The notes beneath the pieces were generated by a model. It was not told where the DNA came from. It made no database searches and was given only the letters and a program-made list of their open reading frames with translations. Below, piece after piece: positions 12,512-22,850 of a stretch of 64,000 nt of DNA (position 1 is its first letter; every line of letters begins with the position of its first letter). Origin of the DNA: Lytechinus pictus (taxonomy: Eukaryota). Position numbers and translations under genes: made by a program. The DNA lies in assembly GCF_037042905.1 (NCBI RefSeq), contig NC_087245.1:8246001-8310000 (forward strand). The letters are read 5' to 3'.

Positions 12512-13613
12512 CAGTGTTGTCGTGCCTCAATGCTCGTCCTTGGCCTTAGGGCGCCTCAAGGCATACTTTTTCAAAGCCTTGGCCTTGAACTTTCAAGCCT
12601 TGGCTTTGAGGATTTAGAGCCTTGAAATTTAAAGGCATTTTCAATGCCTTTTCTAGGCATTTTGTTTTTGTACTTTCATTTGTTTTTATATAAGTAATTA
12701 TAAATGTTTCAATTGTTCTGTATATTTAATGACACTAATGTTCAATACTACTAGTCAGCAGTAGCAGTAGCAGCAGCAGTAGTAAGAGTACTAGCCATAA
12801 ATTGTAATTATCACTATTATCAAGAATTGTCATCACATTATGTTACAAAGAAAACAGTTGATAAAAAAATAACATTATTTATTGGTAATGTATTGTAATC
12901 ATGACTAATGATGATAATGACAATATCAATCAATCATAATAATGATAATAATGAATTAAGATAAAGATATAATAGTGATTTGATGACAGGAATAATTTTA
13001 ACAACAATTTTCATCCTTTAAAAATAGCTAACTCTAAAGAATAATAACAAGGTTGATTTCTATTCCATTGTGATTTTCCTTTTATCATTTTGTTTGGCCA
13101 ACAAGAATGTTTTAATCTTAATGATATTCTGAAAAAGATTTGGTAAACTACTAAACTTGAACACAATCTTCAATTTTGTCACATCCAAATGGGCTATGTC
13201 AATTGCATGATGAGCCAAAAAATTTGAGGGGCCAAGCCTGGTATATAGAGCAAAATTTCTGCCAAAAAAGTTGGAAGTGATTGAAGCGAGCGAGCAAGCA
13301 AAATTTTTCACCCTCTTACTATAAGAAAAGCTAATTTTGTGAGATTGTGACAATATGTCTAAAAAATAATATCACTTTTACTCCTTTTTCAATTTATTTT
13401 TTTCTCCTTTTCAAAGAGTTCTTGGTGGTGGAACTTCTTCTCTCTCTTTTTTTTTTTTTGGGGGGGGGGTGGGGGTCTGATATTTTTCAAAAAGGCGAGA
13501 AAGAGGAATGGGAAGAGAGTGAAAGAGAGTTGAAGGGGGAGAAACATGTGAGGGCGTAAGAAAGATCGGGGTGACACATTTGGCTGGTTAGGCAGAGTAT
13601 ACTGCAAAATCAG

Positions 13614-13777
13614 TTAAAGGGATGGTCCGGGCTGAAAATATTTATATCTAAATAAATAGAGTAAAATTCACAAAACAAAATGCTGAAAATTTCATCAAAA
13701 TCGGATAACAAATAACGAGGTTATTGAATTTTAAAGTTTATAAATATTTTGTGAAAACAGTTATATGCACATCGTCA
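13614..13777. mobile_element. Kolobok-like element, truncated arm
   Basis: Starts TTAA-AGGGATGGT like the 15008 copy, with near-identical AAATTTCATCAAAATCGGATA...TATTTTGTGAAAACAGT. Confidence 0.7.
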
Positions 13778-15007
13778 AGTGTGATTATTAAAATGGTTAT
13801 TATTAAAATGGTGATTATTAAATCTAATTGGTATGCTTATTAATTTATTGTTAAATTTAGTTGGTAAATGGTCTGTAATAATTTCCAGTAAAAAACAATG
13901 CAAAACAAAAGACGAAAAAACAAAGAAATGCATAAGAAATTTAAAAAAAAACAAAGAAATGCATAAGAAATTTTAAAAAAAAAGAAATACATAAGGAAAA
14001 ATTCACTTTTGCAATTTTTCTTTGTGGAAACCTTTAAATTAGATTTAAAAGATGACATCTGGAAAAAAGAGGAAAATTTGAATTGGCTGTGAAATATGCA
14101 AATAATATTTTTCACAAATAAATTTGCATATTTTATTCATTATAAATAAAAAAATGATCGTTTTTAGAATTATTTTTTGTACTGGCTTGTAGTTTACGTG
14201 GAAAAGAATGTGCATGCCAAATGTTGGTGAGATCACGCGAACGACGGCCGAGATCAGAATATTTAATTTTCATGTCTTATTTAACAAAATGTCCAGAAGT
14301 TTGAATTCGTGATTCGCGCTGGCAATATCTCGCAAGCAGTGATTGTCGCCATAATTGACCAAAAATCGAGTTTTACAACTTCAGAATTGATTTTTTTTTT
14401 CAAAACCGCTTGTTGATCGCTACACTTTCTTGGTGAAAAGTAAAGCCTTAATCAAAATATCCATCTTATCAATTAGAAATCGCTTAGGCTTTGCTCAACT
14501 TAATTTCTACACTGAAAACACTTAACTCTCACGCAGTTGATAATCTCAGTTTGAAATCTGTTTGCACCAAAATGCACATTTTGACATATAAATGCCCTTT
14601 TTGGCTTTGACCCCTCCCCAAACCATAATATGTTCTGCCGCCCCTGTCCCAGAGGGAGTGGAGAAAGGCATACGTCGGGAATGGGCATGCCATGCAGGAT
14701 CAGATGACCGTGGTAATAATAATTATTGCAATGTAAATCGCCTAGAAAAATAATGTATTAATGTACAAAGGTAATTATATTATTATTTTGATATTATGCC
14801 TATTAAATCTATCATGAAATTATTTTTTATTTTACGTGTACAAGGGTCAAAATTTTTGCTCGCTCAGTTCGCTCGCTCACACCTTTTATACATTTTGCCC
14901 TGTGTGCCATATGTCTGCTGCCTAAGCATTGTTGGCTCATTGTTCCGTATGTCATAAGTTTGAAATGCCTTGGCCTTGGGTATTGAAGGAGTGGCTTTAA
15001 TTGGGTA

Positions 15008-15568
15008 TTAAAGGGATGGTAGAATAGAGTGGACTTCTCTGAGCAAAATGCCGAAAATTTCATCAAAATCGGATATAATAAAGTTATTGAAGTTTAAATT
15101 TTAGCAATATTTTGTGAAAACAGTCGTCATGAATATTCATTAGATGGGCTGATGATGTCACATCCCCACTCTCTGTTTTCTTATGTTATTACATAAAATC
15201 ATATTTTTTTTCATTATTTCATACTTGTGTGAATAATATGTCTCCCTTACAATGAAATAAGTTGCAGCAATAAATGTCTAATGCACTAAATCAGTTGTCA
15301 ATCAAATTTTTCTAGTTCTTGGAGGAAAAAATTGAATAAACCTAATTTCATATAATAATATTCAAAAGAACAAGTAGGGGGTGTGACATCATCAGCCCAC
15401 CTAATGAATATTCATGACGACTGTTTTCACAAAATATTGCTGAACTTTAAAATTCAATAACTTTGTTATTTGCCAGCCGATTTTGATGAAATTTTCAGCG
15501 TAATTCGTGTTTGATTTTTCTTTATTTATTTAAATCAACTTTTTTCTGGGGTGGACTTGACCTTCAAA
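15008..15568. mobile_element. Kolobok-like palindromic MITE
   Basis: TTAA-AGG...CCT-TCAA ends. Arms of about 120 bp (about 15050-15170 vs 15373-15500, e.g. AATATTTTGTGAAAACAGTCGTCATGAATATTCATTAG / CTAATGAATATTCATGACGACTGTTTTCACAAAATATT) are inverted. A TTAA target with purine termini fits Kolobok rather than piggyBac. Confidence 0.8.
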
Positions 15569-16479
15569 TTTTATGGCGGGCCGCACTGAGATTATCGACA
15601 GCAATATCTTCACATCATTTTGGTTCCAACCTTCGCAAATGCCTCGATCCCCCAACCCATAAAAACAAAATAAATCACATCAAAACCAAGAAAAAAAGGA
15701 GAAAGGAACGGTTTAGAGAGTAGAGTTGTACCTGCTTGCATTATATTATTCTTCATTTGATTGGAATTTTTCTTTCCGAAACCACCATGTTATTTTTTAT
15801 TCCCGGCCTTCGCTCGTTCTATTTGAGACACCGTCGTTAATTTCAGATCAACTTTTTGTCTGCTGCCGTAATGGTCACCTATTTGTCGCTAGAGTTGACC
15901 CATAGCGCAAGCTCGCTGCATCTGCTGCGCTTCAGAGCTCCGTGAAGGTGACCGCAAAGCTTTCGGCGGAGCGGAGACCCCCCCCCCCCACCCCCGCCGC
16001 ACACCATGCCTCAGCTCAGGCCCATAGACAAATAAATACGTAGGCATATCGCAGCACATGCACATATTAGTCTGCTGGGCAAACCCTTCACTCGAGTTAA
16101 GGGTCTGAATGTGCAGCCTACTCATGCCTTGTGTACTGAAGGCTCTCTCGCTCACAGCAAGTTTTGTATGTGCTAGTCTTTGCGTGGAGGCACACTTATT
16201 GATCAAAGTTCCAATCAGGGTCTGTGCCTGCAGACTACGCACAGATTGGCACAGACAAGGAAAGGTCAAGAAACTTTTTCAAACTTTACGTCGATTCGAT
16301 GACGTAATTATAAGCAAAGCTGGCTCGAAAGCTAGTTTTAATTGTATATATATTTTTTATTGATTTTCAGATACTACGTTTTTATTTTTTCAAAAAAAAT
16401 AAATTTATTTTTGTTAATATTTTAAATTAACTAAAAAACAATTTAAACTATTAACAATACAAATGCGGCTAAAAAAATA

Positions 16480-16778
16480 GCTAACGAATTCGATCGAGTC
16501 TTTAAGATGGCGATCTCCATGTAAACAAATAAAAATATCGCGAAATGAGAAAGTGCTAGTAATGCTATATAAGGAAATGGCCACATATTAATACACATGT
16601 AAAATATGAAAATATTTTGACGATCGTACTCTAAAGCAGTTTTATTGTACTAATGTTAGATCTACATCCTGCTACACCCACAAGAGACTGAGACGAGGGT
16701 TGCCAGAATTATATGCAGCAGATATGATTATGAGATCCAATCAACGACAACGCCTCAGTCCCGCATGTTAATGCTGGT
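16480..16778 (+). promoter_or_regulatory. Probable promoter and non-coding first exon of the SLFNL1-like gene
   Basis: YY1-type AAGATGGCG at 16504, GTAAACA (forkhead core) at 16521, CRE-like TGACGTAA at 16300 and donor GGT|GTGAGT at 16778/16779. Linkage to the 18022 acceptor is inferred. Confidence 0.45.
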
Positions 16779-17012
16779 GTGAGTATGATATGATGGGGCG
16801 GGGGGGGGGGGGGGGGGGGCACGAGTTCACTGCAACCACCCTGCCTATATATGGGGAATCAACATTATAGATACACAACACACATTACAAAAAATTCTTC
16901 AAAATATTATCACTGTCTTTTGAGCAAAATTTCCATAGGCCTAGGCTAGATCATATTGTAGATACCGGTATTACCTCGGGCGAAGTTCGTGCAGGCGCAG
17001 CTAGGCTCCACT

Positions 17013-17032
17013 CATAGAGATATATCTCTATG
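17013..17032. mobile_element. 20-bp perfect palindromic micro-insertion with 8-bp TSD (hAT-like)
   Basis: GCTCCACT|CATAGAGATATATCTCTATG|GCTCCACT. The paralogous repeat at about 5752 lacks the insertion. Confidence 0.8.
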
Positions 17033-17533
17033 GCTCCACTCCACTTCACTACGCTCCACCTACCTGGACTTCGGGACGGTGAACCAGTTTGCATATACCG
17101 AGTGACAAAGATGGGATGAAATGATGGTTTATTGTAAAAATTACAGAAAAAAAATATAACGAGAAAGATAAATACTATAGGCTAGCTTAATATCTTATTC
17201 TACACCCGTATTTCACTCCGTGTCCATCCTCCGCCTCCGGTTATCCTCAAAATTGGTGATTCTGGGCCAGTATCAAATTCCTCACACATTATTCACGGCC
17301 GATTTCAAAACATTGCATGCAACGAACGTAGAGGGCAGCAACACACATCAGTGTTGCTATAGTATTATATTAAGAAGGTCCACTCAATACGCGCATATAC
17401 AACTGACATATAGATCTATTACTTTGTTGAAGTGATAGAATGATTTGAAAAAAAACTCTCTCTTAATTTTGATTTTAAACTATTCCATAGAAACATTTTA
17501 CTATGTGTGTATTTCTGTTTGATATTATTCGTA

Positions 17534-17963
17534 TTAGGGAAGTTCACCCTGACAAAAATTTTGTTGTAAAAATAACAAAGTTTTGGTGAAGGTTATTACT
17601 TAGAATTAAGTTTTTGATTTGTGATGTCATTAACAAGCAACTGCCCCATATGTAAATGTTATGCATAAATTTCATTTTTTAATGGGTCATGATAAATTGT
17701 TCTTTATTTTCTTTTTAGGAGCAGGTTTGAAAATAATTTGTGTATTGTTTACTGAAGCCAAAGGTATAATAAAAACTATTTTCAATTTTCAGAGAAAATG
17801 ACATTTCATTGATTTTTTTACCATACAATATAATATGTATGACGTCACAAATAACTTTCTTGTTTTTTGATGGATTTTCCTCAAACCTTTGCCAATATTT
17901 TTAAATTATTTTTTATGCTTTTTTTACAATAATTTTTTTTGTCAGGGATGACGTCCCCTTTAA
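17534..17963. mobile_element. Kolobok-like MITE, second subfamily (partial copy at about 29748)
   Basis: Ends TTAGGGAAGTTCACCCTGACAAAAA / TTTTTGTCAGGGATGACGTCCCCTTTAA are imperfect inverted repeats. A similar left end occurs at 29748-29860. Confidence 0.65.
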
Positions 17964-18056
17964 AAAAAAACATACACAGGTACAGTATGTCTATTTTTCT
18001 CTCTCTCTCCTTCCAATGCAGTATAAACTAAAGAATGGAAAGGTCCGCCAACAAAC

Positions 18057-21000
18057 ATGCCAGTAACACAAGAAACAATGGCACAAACATCACTTTGCAG
18101 ACATGCTATCTTTTTGGGAAATCTGAATAATGATTTACCTAAGCTTCAAATTGCATCTCTGATTGTGCAACTGACTCGTCAGTGCACTGGATTAAACCTG
18201 GACACCAGAGATGTCAAGGTACGGTTTTCCCACCCAAGTGATTGCTTCACTGCCACTGTCAAACTGCAAACACCAGCTGAGCAACAGAAAGCCCTTGCAG
18301 ATCTAGCTAAATGCCAACAAGTACCAGATGGACTTATCAAAATGGGTAGAACGTTAAGGGTTGACATGTTTCAAAAGAATCCCCATCGTAGGAAAGGTGG
18401 CAAGGTTTTTGTTGAGGATGAACAACCCAACCATGAATTCTTTTTTGAAAAAGGACAACATCTTGGGTCTGAGACACGGATTCTGGAGTTTAAGGAAATG
18501 TCCAATCTCAACATTCAATATCTGAGGCAGATTGTTGCAAGATATGTCTGTGCATTCCTTAACAGCTCAGGTGGGGCCCTGATGTTTGGAGTTGATGATA
18601 AAGGTTTGTTGTATTATTTATTTTCTAGGTTAAATTGAATAACACTCTAATACAAACTGCCCTGATAGTATTGAAATAGTTTTTTTGGGAGACTAATTCT
18701 CTGCATTTAAAGGCATCTCATTATTCCCATGGTTGATTATAGATGGAAAGTGGAGTTAACTTTACCTTGGAGAACATCATTTGGTCTCTGCATAAGTCTA
18801 TGACATTTTTTTAGTACCATTAATATTTCCTTTTCCCCTTCAAAAGGTGGTATGTACTCTTCAGTGAATCTGCATGAAAGGTGTTAAAATATGGAAATAT
18901 TGAAATGGACTTGTGACATTGAAAGACAACCATTTTACAAAAAACAACTTTGATATTTTAACTTAATTTGATGAATTTCAGTTTTGATTATTGAATATTT
19001 TAATTCAAACCAACATGATCTCTGAGTAGTGTGCAATACAATTAATGTTGATTAGAGTCATGAAACTTAAGATAATATTCAAAAATTCAATATTTTTAAA
19101 TCAGATTTTGATGAGATTTTCAGAGTGATTCTTGTTTAGATTTTCTATTTGTTCATCTGAATTTGCTATTGGGGTGGACTTGGCCTTTTTATGAAAGTAG
19201 ATCTTCCTTATGGCTACTGGATATTTTTTTTTGCTTCCAGCTACACAAGGTATTCATGGTCTCTTGGTCTCCTGTCAAATGTTGTTTAGTACAGTTGAAA
19301 CTTGAAAGTTTCTTAGAAGGCATTACAGGAAAGTTTGTGTAAGTCAATTCCCATGAGACCAGAGAAATCTGTTATACTTTGTAGTGAAAATTTGTCTAAG
19401 AAGAAAATAATAATTGATACATACTTTGCCTAATGTGTTCTGAAAATTGCTTTAATCATAAAGTAATTATGCGTCTTATGGTAGGTCGGCTAATACATAC
19501 TTTAGTGTTTTTGTCTCACCTGCATAACAGAGTGAGACTATAATACCTGTGCCGATTTTTCCGACGGCGGCAGTGTCAACATCAAATCTTAACCAAAGGT
19601 TAAGTTTTTGAAATGACAGCATAACTTAGAAAGTACATGGACCTAGTTCATGAAACTTGGACATAAGGTTAATCAAGTATCACTGAACATTATGCTTGAG
19701 TTTCAGGTCACATGATCAAGGTCAAAGGTAATTAAGGGTCAATGAACTTAGACCATGTTGGGGGAATCAATATCGAAATCTTAACCTAAGGTTAAGATCT
19801 TAACCTAAGTTTTTGAAATGTCATCATAACTTAGAAAGTATATGGACCTAGTTCATGAAGCTTGGCCATAAGAGTAATCAAATATTACTGAACATTCTGC
19901 CTCAGTTTCAAATCACATGACCAAGGCCAAAGGTCATTTAGGGTCAATGAACTTTGGCCAAGTTGGGGATATTTGTTGAATTACCATCATAACTTTTAAA
20001 GTTTATAGATCTAATTCGTAAAACTTAGACATAAGAGTAATCAAGTATCACTGAATATCATGTGCGAGTTTCAGGTCACATGACCAAGGTCAATGAACTT
20101 TGGCTATTTGGGGGTATTTGTTGAATTACCATCATAACCCTGGAATTGTTTTGGTCTAGTTCATAATACTTGAACATAAGAGTAATCAAGTATTACTGAA
20201 TTTCCTGGGTGAGTTTCAGGTCACATGACCAAGGTCAAAGGTCATTTAAGGTCAATGAACTTTGGCCAATTTGGGGTATTTGTTAATTACCATCATAACT
20301 TTAAAGGTTTAAAACTTTAAAACTTGGACATAAGAGTAGTCAAGTATCACTGAATATCCTTTGCCAGTTTCAGGTCACATGACCAAGGTCAAAGGTCATT
20401 GAACTTTGGCCATTTTGGGGGTATTTATTGAATTACCATAACTCAGAAATTGTATTGGTCTAGTTCATAAAACTTGGACATAAGAGTAATCAAGGTCAAA
20501 TGTCATTTTGGGTCAATGAACGTAGTATTGTATTATTATATGAATGGTGTTTTTGTGAATAATTATTTTATAGTAATTTTTGAAGTCAGCACTGCTGCTA
20601 TATTGAATTGCGTAGTGCAGGTGAGACTGTCAGAGGCGCTCCACTTGATATGATCTTTTTTATTTCTAATTTTTTGCAGGTAATGTCCAAGGTACGCCAA
20701 TGTCACACAAGCAAGAAGACGATGTCAGACTTGCTATTGACCAAATCATCAAAAAGTTTGATCCGCCTGTTTTGCCTCAGATGTACAACATTTCATTTAT
20801 ACCAGTTCATGACCCAACCAATGGAGCAAACAACAGAACTTCAGGTTAGAATTCTATAATAAATCAACTTTGTTACATTTAAGTGAGGATGTAAACTTTG
20901 TTTGAAGTTTGAAAAATTACATTGTTCATTGGTAACAGGGTGAGTGTCATATGCAAATTGTCAGATGGATTAAACCCATCAGCCATTGGAACCCAATTGT

Positions 21001-22457
21001 CTCTGTATTGTGTCCAATGGAAAAGAAATAATTTAGTAGTATAGAGCCATAAGAAAGAAGATAAATAATGGGAAGATATAGCTATGTAATAAACATTGAA
21101 CTAACTCAAATTAAAGACAAGAAAGTTCAGAACATTTAAACTTATGACAAATCAAAGATATATTTACAATTCCATGACATATATAATGTCTTGCAAGTTC
21201 TGTTGCCATTTGCTGCAAGAACAATTTCAGTATTATTTTTCCTTTATGAGTTTTTGGTAGGCCTAACATACACCTGACAGTGGGTACATTAATTTGAGAA
21301 ATTGCATATTTCTCTTTTTCTTTTTTAGAATTGAGCCAGATGAATTGAAGTCGAATAATTGTTTTTCTCACTACTTGCTTCTACTTAAACCAAGTGATAT
21401 CCTGATATTTGTTGATTTACATAAATCACTTTGCTTCGATAGGTGATGAGAATGTCTTGAAGGTTATTAAACTCAATATTGATTCTGGAAGAGCCAACAC
21501 ACTGTATGCTACACCAGTGGGTGATGTTTTCATCCGTCGTGATGGGAGTGTCCAAGGCCCTCTCAAACCAAGAGAAATACAGGAATGGTGCAATATGGTA
21601 AGTCTGAATACAGTTTCATGAAACTTATTATATTAAACAGATTTGTGATAACAGCTTAAAGCTACTGAAATTCCTCTATTTGATTAGTTGATAGTAAACT
21701 TGTTATAGTATTTGTGCATTTGTTACATGTATTATAACAAGTTTTCATGTTACAGGACCCAGGTTTCGTACTTTGCTTAATTAACAGACATTTATTAAAT
21801 TGGACATAGCATCCTCATTACTGAAAGAGCTACAAATATCTAAATCTAGAGGAAATTTAAAAAGTTTCAAGTGTGACTTAAAATCAAACTTTTCTTATGC
21901 ATTGCATGTGGATATCATATATCATTACATTGGTCAGATTATGATTATACCTGTAGGATGCATGCTACTGCATAATAATCAATGTGATTGCACATTGAAT
22001 TTCATATGTGCATTGTTACTTAAATGAGGTTTCTAGTCAGACTTATCTCTTTGTGAAACACCTCATTGGTCTGCACTGAGTGAATGGCATGTACATTATG
22101 ATATGTTAGGCAACCCTTATCCAGCTCTCTATTTTTTTTAATTGAAACTATTTCTAAAATATATTACATATCAAGTTGCAACCTTTAACTTTTCAAATTT
22201 AGACCTATATATACGATCAAGGTACCTGAGATACTTGCACTTTACTTCTCAGTTACATTACTGATTAAAATTATAAATGTTGCTGGATGAATGAATGTAT
22301 TACTTTATTTTAACAGAATTTTGACAACAAGGAGAAAGCCTATCAAGATGAAATAGCTCAGCTTCAGCATCAGCTACGACAAGCAGAATACGATCGTCAG
22401 ACCAGGAGTGATTTATCTCTCAAGAAAACAAAGTCTGCCGTATGCAATATACTATGA
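18057..22457 (+). CDS. SLFNL1: Schlafen-like protein 1 homologue (RRM-like + Schlafen AlbA_2 domain + coiled coil + CaaX), 335 aa
   Basis: Coding exons 18057-18603, 20680-20844, 21443-21597 and 22317-22457 (1008 nt, all GT-AG, in frame; in-frame stop upstream at 18024). Motifs: IFLGNL (RNP2-like), LGSETRILEFKE, YVCAFLNSSGGALMFGVDDKGNVQG, VFIRRDGSVQGPL...IQEWC. C-terminus is KKTKSAVCNIL*. Confidence 0.88.
19511..20647 (+). mobile_element. Helentron-associated (HINE/DINE-1-like) non-autonomous element with internal ~150-bp tandem repeats
   Basis: 5' TT-GTCTCACCTGC followed by its partial inverted copy GTGAGAC. 3' subterminal GCAGGTGAGAC followed by a short GC-rich tail. About six internal monomers (CATAACTT...CTAGTTCAT.AAACTTGGACATAAGAGTAATCAAGTATCACTGAA...CAGGTCACATGACCAAGGTCAAAGGTCA). 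Confidence 0.75.
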
Positions 22458-22850
22458 AAGTGGACTCACAAATATATCATTCGATACCTGTGCAATATAT
22501 ATATCTTTTTCTAATTGGTCATTTCCTATAAAAATATTTCCTATATTTTCTATATATATTTTTACTGTCATATCATATGTATATTATGTAAATAGGAACT
22601 GTCAGAAAGTGGTAACTAAATTAAAAAGAAGTTTTAAATTAGAAAATGCACCCTGTTCAAGCATTCCAGTTGTATTTTCAGCAGTGAAAAACAGTACATA
22701 AAACTACATTATATTTTATTTCACATCCACGGCCACACCACAACATCTCTGTGTGAATCAGTAAGTCTTAAAAAAATATGAAATCTGTGTCTTTGAGATT
22801 ACAGTACTTGATATCTTTGATTTCCTCAGAAATTAGTCAAAAAAAGTCTG

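Noticed and set aside
11973-12625. Pairs of similar ORFs on opposite strands (HKLLYKIRVIR..., SNYSNFVQQLMYG)
   Set aside because: An artefact of the inverted arms of the fold-back element.
15889-16363. 126-aa and 84-aa ORFs upstream of the Schlafen gene
   Set aside because: Non-ATG starts, a poly-C tract and no recognisable domain. The region has short TAGTCTGC/GCAGACTA inverted ends suggestive of a decayed repeat, but no TSD.
19600-20520. Regularly spaced repeats resembling a CRISPR array
   Set aside because: The monomers are ~150 bp and similar along their whole length, with no unique spacers and no cas genes. The context is a eukaryotic intron inside a Helentron-like element.
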